Part shown: positions 52,894-64,000 of the stretch, in pieces
How the letters are laid out: the number at the start of each line of letters is the position of its first letter
Numbering within the stretch: the stretch's first letter is position 1
From: Alphaproteobacteria bacterium
GTDB lineage: Bacteria; Pseudomonadota; Alphaproteobacteria; MPNO01
Assembly: GCA_964291675.2 (NCBI GenBank)
Contig: OZ219866.1
Location: forward strand, 832,001-896,000
Reading direction: 5' to 3'
DNA: 64,000 nt
Program-made: the position numbers and the translations under genes
The notes under the pieces: model-generated
Told to the model about the DNA's origin: nothing
Database searches by the model: none
Seen by the model: only the letters and a program-made list of their open reading frames with translations

Positions 52894-53948
52894 AGATCGC
52901 CCCCGCCAGGGCCGAGCGCTTCCTCGCCGCCCCGCCCGAAGGCTTGCGCGCCTGCCTGTTCTACGGCCCCGATGGCGGGCTGGTGCGCGAGCGGGCAGAG
53001 GCGCTGGGCAGGCGCCATGTCGGCGATCTCGGCGATGCGTTCCGGGTCGCCTCGGTGGCGCCGGCGGCGCTCGCCGACGAGCCCGGGCTGCTGGCCGACG
53101 AGGCGGCGCAGCTCTCGCTCACCGGCGAGACGAGGCTGGTCCGCCTCGAAGGCGCCGGCGATACGGCCGCCGAGGCCTGCCGCATGCTGCTGGAGCGCGG
53201 CGAGGCGGCGGCGCTGGTGGTCGTCGAGGCGGGCGAGCTCGCGCCGCGCTCGAAGCTGCGCCGGCTGTTCGAGCAGGCCGGGGACGCCGCCGCCATCGCC
53301 TGCTACGCCGACGACGAGGCTTCGCTCGGGCGCCTGATCCGCGAGACCCTCGACGCGGCGGGCATCGCGATCGAGCCCGACGCGGCGGCCTTCCTCGTCG
53401 AACGCCTCGGCGCCGACCGCAAGATCACCCGCTCCGAGCTCGACAAGCTGGTGCTCTATGCCGGCGAGGGCGGCAGGATAACCCTGGAGGACGCCGCCGC
53501 GAGCTGCGGCGCCGAGGCGAGCCTCACCATCGACGAGCTGTGCGACGCGGCGGCGGTCGGGCGCGCGCAGGAAGTGATCGCCGGCTGCGACGCGCTCGCC
53601 GGCGAAGGGGTGCATGCGGTCGCCATTCTGCGCGCCGCGCAGCGCCACTTCTCCCGCCTGCAGCTCGCCGCCGCCCGCATCGAGGCCGGCGCCGGCGCCG
53701 AGGGCGCGATCAAGGCGCTGCGCCCGCCGGTGTTTTTTCGCCGCCAGCCCGCCTTCCGCGCCGCGCTCGGGCTGTGGAGCGCTGCGCGCGCCGGCTGGGC
53801 GCTCGAACGCCTGGTCGCCGCCGAGGCGGCGTGCAAGCGGACCGGCGCCCCCGCCGAGGCGCTCTCCGCCGACGCCCTGCTCGCCATCGCGCGCCAGGCG
53901 GGCCCTTCGATACGCCGCCCTTCGATAGGGGCTGATACCGAATACTAG
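52890..53948 (+). CDS. holA: DNA polymerase III delta subunit
   Basis: LFYGPDGGLVRER, LGADRKITRSELDKL, PPVFFRR. Confidence 0.93.
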   Translation: MKIAPARAERFLAAPPEGLRACLFYGPDGGLVRERAEALGRRHVGDLGDAFRVASVAPAALADEPGLLADEAAQLSLTGETRLVRLEGAGDTAAEACRMLLERGEAAALVVVEAGELAPRSKLRRLFEQAGDAAAIACYADDEASLGRLIRETLDAAGIAIEPDAAAFLVERLGADRKITRSELDKLVLYAGEGGRITLEDAAASCGAEASLTIDELCDAAAVGRAQEVIAGCDALAGEGVHAVAILRAAQRHFSRLQLAAARIEAGAGAEGAIKALRPPVFFRRQPAFRAALGLWSAARAGWALERLVAAEAACKRTGAPAEALSADALLAIARQAGPSIRRPSIGADTEY

Positions 53949-53976
53949 ACGGGCGGGACGCCAACGACACTTCTTC

Positions 53977-54505
53977 CGTCATGCCCGGCCCCCGGATCGA
54001 GTCCGGGGGTGATCCGGGCACCCACTGGCGCCGCCGCCCCTCCCGACGGGGCGTTGTACCGGTGGCGCCAGTGGTTGCGCGGATCAAGTCCGCGCATGGG
54101 TGGCCGGATCAAGTCCGGCCATGACGGGGTGGGGGTGGCGGTGGAGAAGCACGGGAGCCGGGTGCGGCCCGCCCCGCCCGTGGGTGCCCGGAACGAGGCC
54201 GGGGATCGCCGGCGGGCACGCCGCAGATCGCGCCGCGCGGCCGCGCCGCCCCCCGTGGCGCCCGGCCCCCGCTCCTTCTCCCCGTTGCTCCACCGACACT
54301 CCCGCTACTCCCCACCCCGTCATGCCCGGACTTGATCCGGGCACCCATGGCCGGACTTGATCCGGCCACCCACTGGCGCCGCCACCCCTCCCCACGGCCC
54401 GCCGTGCGCGCCGATAGGCCGCATGTTTGAGGGCTGCCGGGGATGAGGGAACTGAAAAAAACCCCTCATCCCGAGTAGCGGCGAAGCCGCGTATCGAGGG
54501 ACGCC
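53977..54505. repeat. Large CGTC-tagged REP cluster (two families)
   Basis: Family-1 hairpins at about 53977-54025, 54078-54126, 54318-54372; family-2 copy ccctcatcccgagtagcggcgaagccgcgtatcgagggacg at 54463-54503. Confidence 0.88.
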
Positions 54506-54982
54506 CTACAGCGGCACCACGAGCAGGGTGTCGACGGTGCGCGAGTCGCAGACCACGACGCGCTCGGCGAATTTTAGGGCGCCGTCCCGCTCCACGATGC
54601 GGTCGAGATAGCGGCCGCAGGCGAATACCGACATGGCGCCGGAATGCATGGTGCGGACGACGATGAAGTTGGTCCGCGCGGCGTGGACCCCGTCCCCGCC
54701 CGCGGCCGGCTCGGCCGCGCCCAGCGTGTGGCAGTAGCTGTGCGGCTCGAAGATGTTGGCGGTCCGCATCGCGCGCACCCGGTCGCGCATCATCGCCGCG
54801 CCCTGGCAATGGACGATGGCGAGCGGCAGCGCCGCCTCGTGGTTCTCCCTGGTGACGATGCGGTAGAGCCCGTCTTCGGTGAAGAAGCCGGGCCAGTCCT
54901 CCAGCCGGTCGTCGTCGATGGCATGCGCGTAGGCCGTGTTGAGCCGCCCGATGCGCGCGGCCAGCTCGCCCGCCCCGGTCAC
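54506..54982 (-). CDS. Aromatic-ring-hydroxylating oxygenase beta subunit
   Basis: YAHAIDDDRLEDWPGFF, GRYLD, VDTLLVVPL; GTGA overlap with alpha subunit. Confidence 0.92.
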   Translation of the reverse strand: MTGAGELAARIGRLNTAYAHAIDDDRLEDWPGFFTEDGLYRIVTRENHEAALPLAIVHCQGAAMMRDRVRAMRTANIFEPHSYCHTLGAAEPAAGGDGVHAARTNFIVVRTMHSGAMSVFACGRYLDRIVERDGALKFAERVVVCDSRTVDTLLVVPL

Positions 54983-56205
54983 AGCGCCATGCAGTCCCGC
55001 CAGGCGCGCCAGAAGCCGCGCACCGCCGCCTCGGTGACGCGCGATGCGCCGGCCGGCTCGATGGCGGTGCCGCCCATGCGCATGAAGCTGCGCTCCTCGG
55101 GCACGCTCCTGGTCGCGGCGTCGATGAAGCCGCCGATGCAGCCGTCCTCCATCGACACATAGCCCGCCGGGCCGACCAGGTTGTTGACCTTGAGCCTGAG
55201 CGCCTCCAGCGGCTCGTCGTCGTCCTCGAAGCCGAGCACGGTCCATCTCAGCTCGCACTCCTCCGGCCCCCGAGGCAGGAGCTGGCGGACGGCGAGCGCG
55301 TTCAGGATCTGCTGCACCACCAGGGTCGGAAAGATGGTCTGGATGGAGTTGGTGATGCGGTCGCCGAGCTCGAGGCGGTGCTCCATCAGCGAGGGGTCCT
55401 CGAGCGCGTATTGCTGTTTAAGCGAGCGCACCGCCTCGGCGCCCTCGCGCTCGCTGCCGTCGGCGGCGCGCTCGGTGAAGCTCAGATGGTGCCAGCCGTT
55501 CTCGCTGAGCACGATCCCGCCGCCCATGGTGAAGCGGACGATGCCGAAGGTGTTGTGGAAGACGTGCAGCAGGGTCGCGTGGTAGCTGTCCTTGGTGTTC
55601 TCGGCATAAAACTTCCAGTTGTTGGGCAGCATCTGGCTGTGATAGCCGAGCACCCGGACCGGCTTGACCAACACCCGGTCGAGCGCCGCCAGCATGGCCG
55701 GCCCGACATAGGTCTCCAGATCCGCGACATCCTCGGAGAAGGTGGCGAACACCAGCCCGCTGCGCGTCGCGCAGCGCAGCCGGCGCAGCCCGTGCGCTGC
55801 GGGCTCGAACCCCGGCTCCATGCCGCCCTCGCCGCGCACCCCGCGGCCGAACGCGACCCCGGTCAGCCGGCCGGCGAGGTCGTAGGTCCAGTTGTGGTAG
55901 ACGCAGGTAAACTCGCTCACCCTGCCGCGCGGCCTGTAGCAGAGCAGCGCGCCCTTGTGGGCGCAGCGGTTGACCAGCGCGTTGATGCCGCCATCCGCGT
56001 CGCGCACCGCGATAATCGGGGCGTCGCCGATGAAGCACGCCTTGTAGTCGCCGGGCCCGGGGATCTCGGCTTCGAGGCAGAGGAAGTTCCAGGTGGGCCC
56101 GCGGAAGATCCGCTCCTGCTCGCGGGCATGGATGCCGGGGTCGCTGTAGACCCGGTAGGGCACCCGCGAGACGTCGTCGTCGGGCCAGAGGGGGGCGGTG
56201 CTCAT
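54979..56205 (-). CDS. Rieske ring-hydroxylating oxygenase alpha subunit (AndAc/NagG-like)
   Basis: NRCAHKG, CVYHNW, ENTKDSYHATLLH, GPAGYVSMEDG. Confidence 0.92.
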   Translation of the reverse strand: MSTAPLWPDDDVSRVPYRVYSDPGIHAREQERIFRGPTWNFLCLEAEIPGPGDYKACFIGDAPIIAVRDADGGINALVNRCAHKGALLCYRPRGRVSEFTCVYHNWTYDLAGRLTGVAFGRGVRGEGGMEPGFEPAAHGLRRLRCATRSGLVFATFSEDVADLETYVGPAMLAALDRVLVKPVRVLGYHSQMLPNNWKFYAENTKDSYHATLLHVFHNTFGIVRFTMGGGIVLSENGWHHLSFTERAADGSEREGAEAVRSLKQQYALEDPSLMEHRLELGDRITNSIQTIFPTLVVQQILNALAVRQLLPRGPEECELRWTVLGFEDDDEPLEALRLKVNNLVGPAGYVSMEDGCIGGFIDAATRSVPEERSFMRMGGTAIEPAGASRVTEAAVRGFWRAWRDCMAL

Positions 56206-56273
56206 CCCGGGCCGAGGATAGGCGATCCCCCGCTTCGTGTCATACTGCGATCGATCGAACGGGGGGCCGCATC

Positions 56274-57422
56274 ATGGCGAGAGAAACGGGCGAGACGCGG
56301 CGCGTTACCGTCGACGGAAGGACGCTGGAGGCCTGGTTCGCGGTCCACCGCGGCGGCGCGGGGCCCGGCCTGCTGCTGCTCGCCGACGCGGCGGGGCTGG
56401 ATGCCGGGATCCGGGCGCGCGCGGCGCTGTTCGCCGAGGAGGGCTATGCGGTGCTCGCCGTCGCCGGTCTCACCCGGCCGGGCGAGGTCCGCGCGGCGGC
56501 CGACGCGCTGCGCGCGATGCCCGAGCACGCGGGCGGCACCGGGGCGCTCGGCCACGGCGCGGGCGGGGCGCTCGCCTGCCGGGCGGCGTCGGAATTCGAC
56601 GCGGCGGTCGCGTTCGACCCGGCGGAGCTGGACGAGGCATCGGAGATCGCCGCCGGTTGCCCGGCGCTGCTGGTCTTCGGCACCCGGGACGACGTGGAAG
56701 CCGAGCGGGCGGCGGCACGCATCGAGCGCGGCCTCGACCGGAGCGACGGCAGCTCGGTCGTGCGCTACCAAACGGCGGCCCCCGGCTTCGCGATCCCGCA
56801 CCGGGCCGCGTTCGACAAGCGCGCCGACAGCCTCGCCCACAGCAGGGCGCTCGGGCTGTTGCGCCGCGCGCTCGGCCCGCATTACGACCTCGTCGCGCTG
56901 TTCGAGGCGCATGTGCGCCACGAGTTCGAGACCCGCGACGTCGACGCCACCATGGCGACGATGATCGACGAGCCCTATGTCAACCACGTGCCGACGCTGG
57001 CCGGCGGCGTCGGCCACGACATGCTCAAGCGGTTCTACAAGTACCACTTCGTCGAGCAGAACTCGCAGGAGCGCTCCAGCACCCTGGTCTCGGAGACCGT
57101 CGGCCCCGACCGCATCGTGCTGGAGACGGTGGTCCGCTTCCGCCACGACCGGGTGCTCGACCGCTACTTCCCCGGCATCGCGCCGACCGGCAGGACGGTG
57201 GAGATCCCGACGCTGCTGCTGGTCCGGTTCCGCGGCGACCGGGTGTGCCACGAGCACATCTACTGGGACCAGGCATCGGCGCTCAGCCAGATCGGCGCGC
57301 TCGACGCGGCGGGGCTCCCCATCGCCGGCGCCGAGGCGGCGGCCAAGGTGCTGGACGAGACCCGCCCGTCCAACGTCTTCATGCGGGACGCCTGGGCGGA
57401 GAGCGAAGGCAAGCCGATTTGA
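56274..57422 (+). CDS. Dienelactone-hydrolase-like domain fused to SnoaL/NTF2-like domain
   Basis: C-terminal HEFETRDVDATMATM, PYVNHVPT, HEHIYWDQAS; N-terminal hydrolase fold degenerate. Confidence 0.85.
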   Translation: MARETGETRRVTVDGRTLEAWFAVHRGGAGPGLLLLADAAGLDAGIRARAALFAEEGYAVLAVAGLTRPGEVRAAADALRAMPEHAGGTGALGHGAGGALACRAASEFDAAVAFDPAELDEASEIAAGCPALLVFGTRDDVEAERAAARIERGLDRSDGSSVVRYQTAAPGFAIPHRAAFDKRADSLAHSRALGLLRRALGPHYDLVALFEAHVRHEFETRDVDATMATMIDEPYVNHVPTLAGGVGHDMLKRFYKYHFVEQNSQERSSTLVSETVGPDRIVLETVVRFRHDRVLDRYFPGIAPTGRTVEIPTLLLVRFRGDRVCHEHIYWDQASALSQIGALDAAGLPIAGAEAAAKVLDETRPSNVFMRDAWAESEGKPI

Positions 57423-57498
57423 GCCCGCGCCGGTCTCTGCTAGGCTTTCCGCCTCGATGAACGAAGACCGGCTCGGGCCGGGGAGAGGGAGACATTCG

Positions 57499-58515
57499 AT
57501 GACAGCACGCAGACTCATCGCCGCCGTGCTCGCGGCGGGCGTGGCCGGGGGCGCCGCGGCCACCGCCGAGGCCCAGCTCAAGCGGATCACGATCGGCAGC
57601 AACCCGGCGGGATCGACCTACTTCCTGCTGGCGGGCGGCTTCGCCAAGCACTTCCAGCAGGACCTGAAGATCCGCTCGACCGCCCAGCCGCATGCCGGAT
57701 CGTCGGTCTACCTGCCGCTGATGAACAAGGGCGAGATCGTGATGGGGCTCAACTCGAGCCTGGATTCCGGCATGGCGGTCGCCGGCACCCGGCCGTTCAA
57801 GGAGAAGATCAAGAACGTCCGCATGCTGGCGCGCATCTGGATCCTTCCCTACGCCTACATGGTCAAGGAGAACTCGGGCATCAAGACGATCGACGATTTG
57901 CGCGGCAAGAAGGTGATCGTCAAGGTCAAGACCAACGTCTCGCTCGCCCAGGCCAACGCGACGCTGCTGTCGACCGCCGGCATGACCACGAAGGACGTGG
58001 ACCCGGTGGACTCGGGCGGCGTGGTCAACGGCATCAACATGGTGGTCGAGGACCGCGCCGCCGCGACCACGGTCGCGCTCGCCATGCCGGCGATGCGCAA
58101 GACCCACGCGACGGTGCCCGGCGGGCTGCGCATCCTGCCGCTCGGCAAGCTGGCCAATAACGAGATGCTCGCCGAGGGCATGGCCGGGCTCTACACGCTG
58201 AAGGTCAAGCCCAGCAAGCGCTACCCCTTCGTCCGCGAGCCGATCACCATCGCCGCGTTCGACTCCTATCTCAACGCCTCGGCGGACAAGGTGGGCGACG
58301 AGGACGCGTACCGGCTCGCCAGGTCGCTGCACACCAACTGGAAGAAGCTGCAGAAGGATTACGGGCCGCTGCGCGGGACGCCGCAGGACGGGCTCGCCCC
58401 GGCCAACACGGCGATGCCCTACCACCCGGGGGCGATCAAGTACTACAAGGAAGCCGGGCTCTGGACGGCCGCGCACGATGCGGGCCAGGCCAAGGTCCTG
58501 AGCATGGTCGAGTAG
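57499..58515 (+). CDS. TAXI-family TRAP substrate-binding protein
   Basis: Signal peptide, ITIGSNPAGSTY, PYHPGAIKYYKEAG. Confidence 0.92.
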   Translation: MTARRLIAAVLAAGVAGGAAATAEAQLKRITIGSNPAGSTYFLLAGGFAKHFQQDLKIRSTAQPHAGSSVYLPLMNKGEIVMGLNSSLDSGMAVAGTRPFKEKIKNVRMLARIWILPYAYMVKENSGIKTIDDLRGKKVIVKVKTNVSLAQANATLLSTAGMTTKDVDPVDSGGVVNGINMVVEDRAAATTVALAMPAMRKTHATVPGGLRILPLGKLANNEMLAEGMAGLYTLKVKPSKRYPFVREPITIAAFDSYLNASADKVGDEDAYRLARSLHTNWKKLQKDYGPLRGTPQDGLAPANTAMPYHPGAIKYYKEAGLWTAAHDAGQAKVLSMVE

Positions 58516-58540
58516 CCCACGCCGCAGTCGAGGCGGGGCG

Positions 58541-60451
58541 ATGCGCGGCTCCGGCGCCCCGATGCAGCGGCTGACGGCGCTGCTGCTGCGCGCCTGCCTC
58601 GGCGCGGTGCCGATCATCGGGATCCTCTGGATCTTCGCGGTCGCCGACCGTTTCGGCTTCGCCTTCACCTTCCAGCAGGCGATCGGCGTCGTCCTCGGGC
58701 TGTCGATCGCCGCCGCCTATCTCAAATACCCCTACGGCACCCGGGCCGGGGCGCTGGAGATCGCGCTCGCCATCGTCTCGTTCGCGGCGTGGTTCTGGAT
58801 GTCGTGGAACTTCGAGGACTGGATCGTCGGCATGGCGGACCGCACGCCCGACAAGTGGGTGCCGGGCGTGGTCGCCGTGCTGGCCATGATGGAGGCGCTC
58901 AGGAAGGCCTGCGGCAAGGTGATCACCGTCCTGGTCTGGGTGATGATCGTCTACGCCTATTTCGGCGACATCCTGCCGGGCGCGCTGGAGGCCGAGGTCT
59001 TCCCGCCGACCAAGACGGTGCTCTACCTCTACGCCGACAACAACGGCATCCCCGGCCTGGTGCTGCGCGTGGTCACCGAGCTCGTGCTCGCCTTCATCAT
59101 CCTCGGCAAGCTGCTCGAGGTCTCCGGCGCGACGCGGTTCTTCACCGACCTCGCCATGGGGCTGATGGGCCACCGCCGGGGCGGCCCGGCCAAGGTCGCC
59201 GTCGTCGCCTCCAGCGCCTTCGGCACGATCTCGGGCTCGGCGGTCGGCAACATCATGTCGACCGGGATCGTCACCATCCCGATGATGAAGCGCACCGGGT
59301 TCGAGCCGCGCTACGCCGCCGGCATCGAGGCGGTGGCCTCCAATGGCGGGCAGATCGCCCCGCCGGTGATGGGGGCGACCGCCTTCATCATCGCCGAGTT
59401 CCTCGAACTCCCCTATATCGACGTGGTCATCGCCGCCGCGGTTCCGGCGGCGCTCTACTACCTGGTGCTGTTCCTCCAGGTCGATGCCATCGCGGCGCGG
59501 TTCGGCCTGCGCGGCCTGCCGAAATCGGAGCTGCCCCGCGTGCTGAAGGTGCTGCTGTCGGGCTGGGTGTTCCTGCTGCCGCTGGGCGTGCTGCTCTACT
59601 TCCTGTTCGGGCTGGGATACAACCCCGGCCTCTCGGCGATGTATGCCGCCGCCTCGCTGCTCCTGCTGTTCATCCTGAAGAGCCGGCGCCTGCCGAGCCG
59701 CGCCGAATGGTCCGACTTCATCTTCGGCGCGGGCGAGAACCTGCTGCCGCTGATGCTGATCGCCGGCGGGGCGGGGGTGGTGATGGGGGTGCTGAACGCG
59801 AGCGGGCTCGCCTTCCAGCTCTCGATCATCCTCGCCGAGCTCGGCCAGAGCGCCGGCATCTTCTGGATGCTGGTGGTGACCGCCCTGGTCTCCATCGTGC
59901 TTGGCATGGGGATGCCGACGGCGGCGGTCTACATCATCCTCGCCACGGTGATCGCGCCGGCCCTGGTCGAGATCGGCATAGAGCCGATAGCCGCCCATCT
60001 GTTCCTGTTCTATTTCGGGCTGTTGAGCATGCTGACCCCGCCGGTCGCGGTGGCCAGCATGGTGGCGGCGGGGATCGCCGGCTCCGACATGTGGCGCACC
60101 GGGCTGGTCGGCATGCAGCTCGCCGCCGCGGCCTATCTGCTGCCCTTCCTGTGGGCCTTCAACCCGGCGCTGGTGATGGAGGGGAGCTGGGTGGCGGTGG
60201 TCTATGTCGGGCTGACCGCGCTCGCCGCCGGGTTCCTGATCGCCGAGGCGGTGATCACCTGGGGCGACGGCGGCATCGCCAGGATCGGGCTCGCCCTGTT
60301 CTACTTCGCCGCGGCCATCGCGGTCGGCGGCTCGACCGTCTGGCTCGGCGCCGAATCCCCGCTCGCCCTGCCGGTCGCGGCGGCCGGCGGCGGCATCGCC
60401 TATCTCGCCCGGCGCAGCGCGGCGATGCGCCTCAAGGCGCGCGCTCTCTAG
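58541..60451 (+). CDS. TRAP fused (4TM/12TM) permease
   Basis: RRGGPAKVAVVAS, GGQIAPPVMGA, LGMGMPT, TPPVAVAS. Confidence 0.94.
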   Translation: MRGSGAPMQRLTALLLRACLGAVPIIGILWIFAVADRFGFAFTFQQAIGVVLGLSIAAAYLKYPYGTRAGALEIALAIVSFAAWFWMSWNFEDWIVGMADRTPDKWVPGVVAVLAMMEALRKACGKVITVLVWVMIVYAYFGDILPGALEAEVFPPTKTVLYLYADNNGIPGLVLRVVTELVLAFIILGKLLEVSGATRFFTDLAMGLMGHRRGGPAKVAVVASSAFGTISGSAVGNIMSTGIVTIPMMKRTGFEPRYAAGIEAVASNGGQIAPPVMGATAFIIAEFLELPYIDVVIAAAVPAALYYLVLFLQVDAIAARFGLRGLPKSELPRVLKVLLSGWVFLLPLGVLLYFLFGLGYNPGLSAMYAAASLLLLFILKSRRLPSRAEWSDFIFGAGENLLPLMLIAGGAGVVMGVLNASGLAFQLSIILAELGQSAGIFWMLVVTALVSIVLGMGMPTAAVYIILATVIAPALVEIGIEPIAAHLFLFYFGLLSMLTPPVAVASMVAAGIAGSDMWRTGLVGMQLAAAAYLLPFLWAFNPALVMEGSWVAVVYVGLTALAAGFLIAEAVITWGDGGIARIGLALFYFAAAIAVGGSTVWLGAESPLALPVAAAGGGIAYLARRSAAMRLKARAL

Positions 60452-61467
60452 GCAGCGGCCTCGGCGGCCAGGCGTTCCTCCAGGATGCGGCGTCCCTGGA
60501 AGGCGGCGTTGTCGACGTTGATGTCGATCATGGGCCGGCCCGCGCTGCGGTCGAGGCTCTTCTGCTGGGCCTCGATGGCGACCGTGTCCTCCCGGAGCGC
60601 CGACGAGAACATGCCGCGCAGCTCCTCGGTGAAGGCCGCGTCGTCGAGCCGGAAATTGCGCGCGTGGTGCCAGAAGTAATGCGTCGAGGCGGCGGTCTCG
60701 GGCGTCATGGTGTGGTTCGAGTAGACCTCGGCGGCGCGGCTGCGGTCGCCCTCGCGCGCGCCGGAGCCGGCGATCGCGCTGCCGGCGTCGATCACGATGT
60801 AGGACGGCGCGCGGAAATAGACGTTCTGCCAGCGGTCGACATTGGCGTTGGTGCCGAGCGCGTGGGCGTAGAACGGCGAGGGCGGGGTGTCGAAGGTCCA
60901 GCGGCTGACATGGACCGTGTCCGGGCTCCGCCTGACCTCGATCTCGGCGTCCTGGTCGCCCGGCGCGCCGAGCGTGTTCGCGTGCAGGAACTGGATATGC
61001 GACAGGTCGAGCAAATTGTCGTTCATCAGCCGGTAGTCGCCGGCGACGTGGTAGACGTCGCCATAGGCGGTCCATTCCGGGTCGTCGTTCCAGTGGTAGT
61101 CGGGGATCAGCTCGGGATCGGCGGCGTCCGGATCGCCCATCCAGATCCACACCCAGCGCCAGCGCTCGACCGCGGGCCAGGCGCGCACAGCCGCGCCGGG
61201 CGGGATCGTCGACTGCCCGGGCACCCTCACGCAGCGCCCGTCGAAGGCGAATTCGAGCCCGTGATAGCCGCACTGCACGGTATCTTCGAGCAGCCGGCCG
61301 CGGGACAGCGGCATCGAGCGGTGGCAGCAGCGGTTCTCCAGCGCGCGCGGCTTGCCGTCGGGTCCGCGGAACAGCACCACCGGCTGGTCGAGGATGGTGC
61401 GCGCGAGGAACCCGCCGTCGAGCTCATGGTCCCAGGCGGCGACATACCAGCAATTGCGCAAAAACAT
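60448..61467 (-). CDS. Rieske oxygenase, VanA-like
   Basis: [37 protein letters not shown]. Confidence 0.92.
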   Translation of the reverse strand: MFLRNCWYVAAWDHELDGGFLARTILDQPVVLFRGPDGKPRALENRCCHRSMPLSRGRLLEDTVQCGYHGLEFAFDGRCVRVPGQSTIPPGAAVRAWPAVERWRWVWIWMGDPDAADPELIPDYHWNDDPEWTAYGDVYHVAGDYRLMNDNLLDLSHIQFLHANTLGAPGDQDAEIEVRRSPDTVHVSRWTFDTPPSPFYAHALGTNANVDRWQNVYFRAPSYIVIDAGSAIAGSGAREGDRSRAAEVYSNHTMTPETAASTHYFWHHARNFRLDDAAFTEELRGMFSSALREDTVAIEAQQKSLDRSAGRPMIDINVDNAAFQGRRILEERLAAEAAA

Positions 61468-61516
61468 CCGGACCTCCCTGTTCGCCGGGCGATGGTCGAA
61501 CGACCGGGCGGCCGCG

Positions 61517-63895
<2,379 letters not shown>

Positions 63896-64000
63896 TGCCG
63901 ATCCTCCAGAGATGCGGAACCTTGGACGGTCCCATCGCGGATTAGTGTATCCTACGCTGCTTGAAAATCACCCACACGGAAACATAGCCTTCTCTGCAAC

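Overview
High-GC chromosomal window of an alphaproteobacterium (Rhodospirillales-like gene content, inferred), lying close to the replication origin: three perfect parS sites sit beside mnmG-rsmG-parA-parB. Other core genes are mnmE, fhs, ogt, yggS and leuS-lptE-holA. The core blocks appear rearranged and are interleaved with accessory DNA: five type II toxin-antitoxin modules, a GmrSD/DUF262 nuclease split by an intact IS21 element (7-bp target duplication), a Vsr-C5 methylase-endonuclease set facing a low-GC gene with a nucleoside-deoxyribosyltransferase-like domain, two DcaP-like porins, TRAP/TAXI transporters, Rieske oxygenases, a 17-repeat Sel1 protein and a BacNav-type channel with a TLEDWTD filter. 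Many CGTC-tagged palindromic repeats are present. Best candidates for undescribed biology: (i) a direct-repeat-bounded 21.3-24.6 kb cassette encoding a small membrane peptide, a mini GIY-YIG-like/STAS fusion and an internally duplicated membrane protein; (ii) the low-GC NDT-like orphan next to the restriction-modification genes; (iii) a recurring signature of local duplication followed by microhomology deletions. Single-base frameshifts, including one in essential leuS, suggest long-read homopolymer errors. All family assignments come from motif recognition by eye; no searches were run.
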